Shown: positions 57,901 through 64,000 of the stretch, one piece after another
Numbering within the stretch: position 1 is the first letter of the stretch
Layout: each line of letters opens with the position of its first letter
NCBI GenBank assembly: GCA_050248855.1
Contig: JBFWRP010000001.1
Span: 64,001-128,000, forward strand
Origin: Planctomycetota bacterium
GTDB taxonomy: Bacteria > Planctomycetota > PLA2 > JAEUHO01
DNA: 64,000 nt
Direction of reading: 5' to 3'
Position numbers and translations under genes: made by a program
The notes under the pieces: model-generated
Databases searched by the model: none
The model's input: only the letters and a program-made list of their open reading frames with translations
Told to the model about the DNA's origin: nothing

Positions 57901-58603
57901 CCGTGGACACCGCGGCGCTCCCGTCGCGCGCCACGACGCTCACGCGCACGCCGCGCACGGGTCCGTCCTCTTCGCGATCGGGCAAGAGGAGGGCCACGAG
58001 CTCCGCGGACGTGGAGATCTCGAAGTCGGCGGCCTCTCCCGAGCGGGCGAGGCCGATGGTCTGCCAGCGCGCGTCCGGGCGCAGGAACGACAGGCGCCAT
58101 ACGCCTGCATGGAGGCGGTCGAAGCGATAGCGCCCGGTCTCGTCCGTGCTCGTGCGGTGGGCGATCCCGCTGAGCGAGGGCACGGCGCGCGCTTCCACGA
58201 CGGCGCCCGCCAGCGTGACGCCGTCCCGCGTCAGGCGGCCCCCCACCTCCGCGGCAGGCAGCAAGCGAACGACGTCGGAGCCGGACGCGGTCGCCCGCCA
58301 GCGCGCCGGGGCATGGCCCGGTGCCGACCAGACGAACGCGCCCGCGCGGGCCCGGGCCGCGAGATCGCCGCGCATCACGAGGCGTCCTCCGGCGTCGGCT
58401 CGCGCGACTTCCTCCCCGGCGCCCGCGAGGACGAGCGCCTCGCGCTCGAGAGGCGGCGCGACGAGGACCGCGCCGGCCAGCGGCCGTCCGCGGGCGTCGA
58501 GCACCACGACGGACGCATCCTCGCCCTCGGCCCGGCCCGCGCGCAGGCCCCCCGCCACGCACGTGACGAACACCAGGAGCAGCCCGGCGCGGACGCGCGT
58601 CAT
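54956..58603 (-). CDS. Large exported protein of tandem carboxypeptidase-regulatory-like (Cna-B/prealbumin-like) domains
   Basis: Repeated GRV.D..G.PV.GA.V ... TD..GRFR..GL..G units. Start overlaps the tsaE stop. Confidence 0.85.
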   Translation of the reverse strand: MTRVRAGLLLVFVTCVAGGLRAGRAEGEDASVVVLDARGRPLAGAVLVAPPLEREALVLAGAGEEVARADAGGRLVMRGDLAARARAGAFVWSAPGHAPARWRATASGSDVVRLLPAAEVGGRLTRDGVTLAGAVVEARAVPSLSGIAHRTSTDETGRYRFDRLHAGVWRLSFLRPDARWQTIGLARSGEAADFEISTSAELVALLLPDREEDGPVRGVRVSVVARDGSAAVSTGLSDDEGRVLVSRLEEGAYDVRLDDERWIWSGPPPRIVVDRPGRVVSATWVVVPRRTYRGRVLDAAGKPVANARIEVVDAGADPAPDDPLRARATSGEDGRFVLAGVRPDRPFRVLVMAPTAPPWLGPVEDRSNDTNDDLGDIELDRSTSLRVRATGPDGRAPPGIEMEVAPRDRRQAFGDDALEGLRAHAVADADGEARFAAVPLVDLVVVARAAGWRPARVVVDAATVKSGRPVKIDLVPAEPLAGRVLTADPRDPRRGPWVVIARPADDASAYLGLRTGADGRFRFPGLRGVTHRLEVHEDEGGAGLPLAVLDGVVPGAEDEVEIALAPRAAVAGSVSGLERRGGTTELLVAQPVPADDDDVQAPAWRTVLRLRLEPRVVEAEFRVGGLPSGVYALRARQGGRTSPPEIVVVREDDVQDVRLHVPGEASLAFRAVDGAGVGVPGLRVLAWADEGEEGDALRDLPRRPAASDIHVVLADDAGDVAFDSLAAGRWRIVVDDPRRASTDRVVVLEEGERRVLDDWVVEAGGTLLGTVLDASGLGSDGSLVIVRPLEGTASARRVRTGPDGRFRVEHLAPGSWIVEVARGLGGEGRQAVTVTLRHDEETEVELGPAGTAAVRGEIVRAGRPVAGARVLLEVRAEESEAEEAPGAWHATSDPYGRFRFEGVAVGRARLEVAVDATRIVRRFLLEEHDEEVVDIEVHDGRIVGRVQDLDGRPVTGAWVEARRPGTPDRVPALAQGKTDARGRFRLVGLALEDVDVRATAIGMPPGRAYGVRPDPPSGERETVITLGRGGSVLVTAVDEWGQGVSYAQVQIVDAAGRALLAWPRRTAAFGRVEVRGVPEGTWYVLVARRGLGSPPARAVQVREGLVSEVEIELVAPGALHVLVTGPSDAAVAAVRVAVVRLADGAVLAEGERPRRQRPGEDELEEGSGIVAVPDLAPGTYAVEVVPAPREAPSRMEVEVGEGEPLVVPFDLTAPR

Positions 58604-59154
58604 GCCGCCCCCCCGCACGTCTCGGCGAGCAGCCTCGACCACGCGGCGAGCACGCGGGCGGCTACGGGGCCTTGCGCTGCGGCCTCGAGGTGGCGGGGAT
58701 CGCCGCGCTCCGGGTCCGCGGACGAGGCCAGGAGAGGCCCGCCGACCGGCTGGAGCTCGAGCACGAGGTGGTCCTCCCCCAGGGCGCCGGTCACGCGATC
58801 GCCCCATTCGACGGCAACGAGCGCTTCGTCCTGCAGCAGATCCGGGAATCCGATGGCTTCCAGGTCCTCGGCGCCCCCCAGGCGGTAGGCATCGAGGTGG
58901 TGCAAGGTCCATGGGCCCCCCGGACCGTCGGCGAGCGGGAGGGTGCGCAGCAGCGTGAACGTCGGACTGGTGACGCGAGCCCCGGGGGGCAGGCCGAGCG
59001 CGGTGGCCAGGGCGCGCACGAAGGCGGTCTTGCCGCTCCCCAGCGGCCCGCGCAGGTCGATCACGAAGCGTCGGCACGCGCTCGTGCGGAGTGCGGAAGC
59101 CAGTGCCGCGGCGACGCGGGCCGTCGTGGGGAGGTCGGTGAGCGCGATGTGCAC
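58600..59154 (-). CDS. tsaE: tRNA threonylcarbamoyladenosine biosynthesis ATPase
   Basis: GPLGSGKTAF, VTSPTF, HLDAYRL, VEWG. Confidence 0.93.
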   Translation of the reverse strand: MHIALTDLPTTARVAAALASALRTSACRRFVIDLRGPLGSGKTAFVRALATALGLPPGARVTSPTFTLLRTLPLADGPGGPWTLHHLDAYRLGGAEDLEAIGFPDLLQDEALVAVEWGDRVTGALGEDHLVLELQPVGGPLLASSADPERGDPRHLEAAAQGPVAARVLAAWSRLLAETCGGAA

Positions 59155-59188
59155 GCCCCCGATGATGGCAGGCGACCTGCGTCCGGTG

Positions 59189-60115
59189 TCAGGGAAGGGG
59201 GGCGAGGTGGTCGAACCCGCCGCGCGGCCACGCTTGCGCGCGCCCGCCCCGCACGAGGACCAGCCCGGCTTCCGGGGGCGTGACGACGCCGATCTCGACG
59301 GGCGCGGCACCGAGGCGGGCCAGGGCCTCGCGCGTCGCGACGTCCAGCGGCGCGTGGGCCAGGAGGAGCTCGAAGTCCTCCCCGTCGCACAGGGCGCGTT
59401 GCACGCGGTCGGCGACGCCCGGCGGTACGTCGTCGTGGATCGGGATGCGCTCCCCGTCGATGCGCGCCCCCACGCCCGAGGCGCGTGCCAAGCGAGGCAG
59501 GTCGCGCGCCAAGCCGTCGGAGATGTCCATCATCGCGTGCACGCGTCCGCTCAGGGCGAGGATCTCGCCGGCTTCGACGCGCGAGGCAGGCGCAAGGTGT
59601 CGACCTGCCAACGACCCACCGAGCGGCCCCGTCACCGAGAGGCGGTCCCCGACGCGGGCTCCTGCGCGCGTGAGCACGCCTCCGCGCCCCGGGGTCCCGA
59701 GCATCGTGACGGCGATGGTGAGGGGGCCGTCCGCCACGTTCGTGTCCCCCCCCACCAGCGAGAGCCCGTGCGCCTGGGTCGCCGCGAGCAAGCCGTCGCG
59801 CACGCCCTCCAGGTACGCCCGCGCGTTCTGGCGCGGCAACACGAGCCCTGCGACCAGGACGCGGGGCCGTGCACCCATGGCCGCGAAGTCGCTCACGTTG
59901 ACGGCGACCGCCTTGCTCGCGAGCGCCGCGGCGCCCACCTCCGCCACGATCCCGTGCACGCCGTCGACGAGGACATCGGTGGCCACGAGCCAGCCTTCCG
60001 GTACGGCGCGCAGCCACGCCGCGTCATCGCCGATCCCCAGCGCGACGAGGTCGCCGGCAGGGAACGCGCGCGCCAGGTCGCGCGTCCAGGCGTCTTCGTC
60101 CCACGTGTCGCTCAC
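59189..60115 (-). CDS. thiL: Thiamine-monophosphate kinase
   Basis: GIGDDAA, NVSDFAAMGA, GGDT, MDISDGL, GEDFELL. Confidence 0.95.
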   Translation of the reverse strand: MSDTWDEDAWTRDLARAFPAGDLVALGIGDDAAWLRAVPEGWLVATDVLVDGVHGIVAEVGAAALASKAVAVNVSDFAAMGARPRVLVAGLVLPRQNARAYLEGVRDGLLAATQAHGLSLVGGDTNVADGPLTIAVTMLGTPGRGGVLTRAGARVGDRLSVTGPLGGSLAGRHLAPASRVEAGEILALSGRVHAMMDISDGLARDLPRLARASGVGARIDGERIPIHDDVPPGVADRVQRALCDGEDFELLLAHAPLDVATREALARLGAAPVEIGVVTPPEAGLVLVRGGRAQAWPRGGFDHLAPLP

Positions 60116-62658
60116 GGCCCCCCCTGGGGTGCGCGCTGCTCGGCCACGACGCGACGCATGCCCTGGAGCACGGTGGCGGACTGCTCGCGCGTCATGGCCG
60201 GGTGCCAGCCGAGGTCGACGCCCGTGGCACGCTGCCACACCGTCATCAGGCGGAACAGGTAGGCGCGCTCGGGCTCCGGACGGACGAGCTCCTCCTGGAC
60301 CGCGTCGGTGACGGCCAGCGCGATGGGACCACGCGCGGCTGCTCCGAGCGCCACGGCCAGGGGGTCGCGCAGTGCGCTGTCGTCGGTCCTGAGCAGCCGC
60401 AGGAGCGTGGCGAGGGTGCGCGCGTCGGTCGGGGCCGCCTCGAGCAGCGCGAAGGCCGTGACGCTGCGCACTTCGGCATCCGTCTCGCGCGCCAGATGGG
60501 CCAGCAGCCCATCGCGCGCCGCGGATCCCTCCCGCGCGGCGAGCCCGCGGACGGCGGCGCTACGCACACCCGGGTGCTCGTCCTCGAGCGCCCCGCGCAC
60601 CAAGTCGACATCGCCCTGCAGCGCGGCTTGGTCCACGGCCCTCTGGCGCAGGCGCGGCGCGGGGTCCTGCAGGACCTCGACGAGCCAGCGTCGAGGCACG
60701 CGCAGCTCGGGATCGTCGAGCAGCGACTCGAGCGCGCGGCGGCGATCGTCGTAGGAAGGGCTGCGGATCGCGGCGAGGAAACCCGGACGCTCGCGCAGCC
60801 ACTCCAGCTCGAGACCGCCGCCCACCGCGTCCCAGACGACGTCCACGCCCAAGCCGAGGCGCCCGACGAGTCCGTCCGGGCGCAAGGCCGCCTCCAGCGC
60901 ATCGAAGCTGACCGCGCCGGTCAGGCGCGGGAGGTCGTCGAGCAAGCGCAGGGGGTCCGCGACCCACAGGGGCTCGAGGACGCGCAGCGCGCGCTCGTCG
61001 CCGGCGGCTTCGGCGGCCAGGGCCAGCATGTCGTGGCGTGGAGGACCATCGACGTCCGGCCGCGCGAGGACCATGTCCACGATCACGGCGGAGGTCGCCA
61101 GCCCCCCGTCCAGCACGTCCTGCCGATGCGCCGCGCTCGGCTCGTCGCGCCACGCCCGGAGACGGTCCGCGGCGCGTGCCTTGGCCGCGGGCGACGGGTC
61201 CTCCTGCTCGGCGGCGACGACGCGCGCCACCGCCTGCAGCTCGGGTGCGGCGGCACGCTGGCCCAGGCCCACGAGGAAGGCCTCGGCGGCGCCCGCCCGG
61301 TGGTCGACGACGAGGATGCGCGCGTAGCGCTCGGCCGTGGTCAGGTCGAGGCTCGTTCCCCCTTCCCGCGCGACGCGCTCGCGAACCTCGCGCATCCAGC
61401 GGAGGGGATCGTCCTGCAGACCCAGGGTGGGCTCGCTGCGCGCCAAGCGCTCCCCGGCCGGGCTGCGCGGGAAATCGAGCCGCAGACGACGCAGCAGCTC
61501 GCGCGCGCGCCCGCGATCACCGCCGCGCGCCAGCTCCGCCTCCACCGCGAGGGCCAGGGCCTCGGCGGGTTCGCGCAGACGGCTGGCCGCGTCCGCGGGA
61601 AGGGATCTGAGCAGGCTCCGCCCGAGCTCGACGTCGCCGACGTCCAGGGCCGCCCGCGCACGGAGCAAGATCAGCTCGTCGGCCACGGCGGGCGGCAGGC
61701 TCGCCGGGAGCAGGGCCTCGAGCGCTGCGCGACCTGCTTCGCCGTAGGCCGCCTCGGCAGCCTCCAGCAGCCTCCACGGCCGCGCGTCGAGGTCGCGCAC
61801 GCGCTGGTGGAGAAGCAGACGCGCCGGCTCGGTCCATCCTCCGCCGGTCTCGCCCGCGATGCGACCCAGGACGACATCCGCATCGTCGCCGTCGGCCACG
61901 AACGCCAGCAGCCGCCGGATGTCGCTGGGCGCCCCGCGCTGGCCGACGAGGAGCAAGGCGGCGGTGCCCGTGGCCAGCGCCGCGCGCGGGTCCTCGGGAT
62001 CGACGCGGATCGCGTCGATGCGTCCGAGGGCCCAGAGCCGCTGGATGGCACCGAGGCGTTCCTCGAGGTCGCTGGCCGCCGCCATGCCGGCCACCTCCAG
62101 CACCCACGCCGGCGCGCCGTCGCGTCGCGCCAGTGCGTCTTCCAGCGCGGCCGTTCCCAAGGCGCGAAGGAGCGTGCGATCCAAGTCGAGGAGGCCGCCC
62201 AAGTGGGGCTCGATGTTGACGCGCACGGCGACGCGTCGCCGTCCACCCACGACGTCGGTCGTCAGCTCGAACGGTCGCGTCTCGTCGCGCAGCGCCGTCA
62301 GGACGACGCGCGGCGGCGGTCCGGCGGCGAAGGCAAGGCCCGTGACCACGGGCACGCGCTCCCGCGCTTGCTCCACGCGCGTGGCCCACGTCGCGGCGAC
62401 GCGTTGGAAGCGCACGTCCTCGGCATAAGGCCCGGGATCGATCTCGGCCCGCGCGGCGGCCCCGGCCGCGGGCGGGAGCCCCAGCGGGACGGGAGCCGCG
62501 GCACCATCGGGCGAGCCCGTGGCGGTTCGCTCACCTTCCGCGGCGTCACCCGGGCCGGGCGCGCCCTGGCAGCCCGCGAGCCCGGCGGCAAGGACGAGCA
62601 CGAGGATGGCCGGGAAGGGGTCGCGCTGCACGCGGGAGATGTAGCCGACGGCCTTCAC
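60112..62658 (-). CDS. HEAT/TPR-repeat lipoprotein
   Basis: LAGC lipobox; C-terminal HEAT repeats (LQDPAPRLR, LEDEHPGVR, ETDAEVR). Confidence 0.75.
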   Translation of the reverse strand: MKAVGYISRVQRDPFPAILVLVLAAGLAGCQGAPGPGDAAEGERTATGSPDGAAAPVPLGLPPAAGAAARAEIDPGPYAEDVRFQRVAATWATRVEQARERVPVVTGLAFAAGPPPRVVLTALRDETRPFELTTDVVGGRRRVAVRVNIEPHLGGLLDLDRTLLRALGTAALEDALARRDGAPAWVLEVAGMAAASDLEERLGAIQRLWALGRIDAIRVDPEDPRAALATGTAALLLVGQRGAPSDIRRLLAFVADGDDADVVLGRIAGETGGGWTEPARLLLHQRVRDLDARPWRLLEAAEAAYGEAGRAALEALLPASLPPAVADELILLRARAALDVGDVELGRSLLRSLPADAASRLREPAEALALAVEAELARGGDRGRARELLRRLRLDFPRSPAGERLARSEPTLGLQDDPLRWMREVRERVAREGGTSLDLTTAERYARILVVDHRAGAAEAFLVGLGQRAAAPELQAVARVVAAEQEDPSPAAKARAADRLRAWRDEPSAAHRQDVLDGGLATSAVIVDMVLARPDVDGPPRHDMLALAAEAAGDERALRVLEPLWVADPLRLLDDLPRLTGAVSFDALEAALRPDGLVGRLGLGVDVVWDAVGGGLELEWLRERPGFLAAIRSPSYDDRRRALESLLDDPELRVPRRWLVEVLQDPAPRLRQRAVDQAALQGDVDLVRGALEDEHPGVRSAAVRGLAAREGSAARDGLLAHLARETDAEVRSVTAFALLEAAPTDARTLATLLRLLRTDDSALRDPLAVALGAAARGPIALAVTDAVQEELVRPEPERAYLFRLMTVWQRATGVDLGWHPAMTREQSATVLQGMRRVVAEQRAPQGGP

Positions 62659-62665
62659 CGGCGGG

Positions 62666-63325
62666 TCACTTCCCAGGAGGCGACTCCGGGGCCAGACGGC
62701 GCGTCGCGTCCAGGACATCCTCGGCATCGCGCAGGGCGCGGATGACGGCTACGCCCACCGCACCCGCGGCGCGGACCCCAGGGGCCTCCTCGGGGCCGAT
62801 GCCGCCGAGACCCACGACGGGGAGCTCCGCTTCGGCCACCAGGCGTGCCAGCTGGGGAAGGCCGAGCGGCTCCCCCTTCTCCGGCACGCCGAACACGGGC
62901 GACAGGACGGTGTAGGTCGCTCCGCCGAGCGCGGCGCGCTCCAGGTCCCGGGCCGTGTGGCAGCTGACCCCGATGGCGCCGCGGAACCACGGCCGGACCC
63001 GTCGGAGCGGCGGCGAGCGGAACCCCAGCTGGACCGCGTCCGCCTCGGCAGCCAGCGCCACGTCGGCCCGATCGCCCACGATCAAGGCGGCTCCGTGGTC
63101 GCGTGTCCTGCGACGCAGGTCACGCGCGGTGCGGTAGAGCGTGGCTCCGTCCAGCCACGGTGCGCGGAGCCAGAGCGCGGTCACACCGTGGGCCAGCGCC
63201 GTGTCGAGCCGCCCGGCGTCGTCGGCGCTCGTGCCATCGACGATCCACACGAGGCCCAACCGTGACGCGAAGCCCGCGTCGGACGAGGCCGTCGGCCCGG
63301 TACCGGTCTCCGGGGCACCGCTCAC
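62666..63325 (-). CDS. thiE: Thiamine phosphate synthase / TenI family
   Basis: DRADVALA, GVSCH, SPVF, VVGLGGI, GVAVI. Confidence 0.8.
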   Translation of the reverse strand: MSGAPETGTGPTASSDAGFASRLGLVWIVDGTSADDAGRLDTALAHGVTALWLRAPWLDGATLYRTARDLRRRTRDHGAALIVGDRADVALAAEADAVQLGFRSPPLRRVRPWFRGAIGVSCHTARDLERAALGGATYTVLSPVFGVPEKGEPLGLPQLARLVAEAELPVVGLGGIGPEEAPGVRAAGAVGVAVIRALRDAEDVLDATRRLAPESPPGK

Positions 63326-64000
63326 AGCAAGGGTTCCAAGCCATCGACCCAGCCGACGTGCTGCGGCAAGCGATCGAGCGCGAGAAGCACGCCGGCGAGG
63401 TACGCCTCGCGACCGTACGCCTCATGGGCCAGCGTCACGCCCTCGTGGGCACTGGCCATGCGGATCTCCTGCCGGGCGTGCAGCCCCGGCAGCCGCAGGC
63501 TGTGCACGCGGACGCCGTCGACGTCCAGGCCGCGCGGGGCAGGATCGCCGAGGTCGGGCCCGGGCTTTGCGCCGGCGCGGGCCAGCTGGCGGGCCGTGGC
63601 GCGGCTCGTCCCCGAGGGTGCGTCGCGCTTGGCCTCGTGATGCGACTCGAGGATCTCGACGCGGGAGAGGTACGGCACGAGCCGGCGGGCCGCCGCCTGC
63701 AGCAGCACGACGACGGGCGAGAGGTTGGGCGCCACCAGCAGGCCCCGCCCACGCTCCCGGGCCAGGCGATCCAAAGCCGGACGCTCGCTGTCGGCCAGAC
63801 CCGTCGTGGCCACGATGGCGTGGGCTCCCTCTTCGAGCGCGAGTCGCGCGTGGGCCGCCACGGCGTCCGGCGTGGTCACGTCGAGCAGGAAGGTCGCACG
63901 ACCCGCGCGGAGCGCGGCGCGCAGGTCATCGCCCCGACCGACGCGACCCACGACCTCGACGTCGTCGCGCGCCTCGAGCAACGGGACGAGGGCGCGCCCC
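63322..64000 (-). CDS. dapB: 4-hydroxy-tetrahydrodipicolinate reductase, 5' end outside the window
   Basis: ATTG, APN.S, EILESHHEAKRDAPSGT, VHSLRLPG. Confidence 0.92.
   Translation of the reverse strand, partial: GRALVPLLEARDDVEVVGRVGRGDDLRAALRAGRATFLLDVTTPDAVAAHARLALEEGAHAIVATTGLADSERPALDRLARERGRGLLVAPNLSPVVVLLQAAARRLVPYLSRVEILESHHEAKRDAPSGTSRATARQLARAGAKPGPDLGDPAPRGLDVDGVRVHSLRLPGLHARQEIRMASAHEGVTLAHEAYGREAYLAGVLLALDRLPQHVGWVDGLEPLL

Noticed and set aside
12..63640. Many long Arg/Pro/Ala-rich overlapping or antisense ORFs (e.g. 12-2993, 39393-42872, 54740-58888)
   Set aside because: Shadow ORFs of high-GC DNA overlapping well-supported genes, with no motifs.

Overview
High-GC (~75%) bacterial chromosome segment, most likely Planctomycetota. 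This assignment is inference from the abundance of exported HEAT/TPR/vWA proteins and the DUF1570-, DUF3299- and DUF5658-like genes. Most of the window is housekeeping: cca-like, purM, dxr-rseP-ubiA-cls, sfsA, ssrA, smpB, rlmI-like, nfu-acnA, clpS, gcvT-gcvH-lgt, tolC-like, an ECF sigma/anti-sigma pair, and dapB-thiE-thiL-tsaE. No integrase, transposase or CRISPR array was seen. Most notable observations: (1) an exported redoxin whose apparent TGA stop is very probably selenocysteine (PFG-U-SVKR*) with an fdhF-like SECIS hairpin, and which carries an ACP-like insertion; (2) three copies of a ~98-bp palindromic element whose arms co-vary; (3) a ~500-nt intergenic region after clpS tiled by long stems (candidate large ncRNA or nested element), next to two tiny Cys-rich lipoprotein genes; (4) a 2935-aa FecR-VIT-vWA-TPR protein; (5) repeated TAnnnT hexamers 6-9 nt before start codons, suggesting leaderless mRNAs. 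All family calls are from motif recognition only; no database searches were run.
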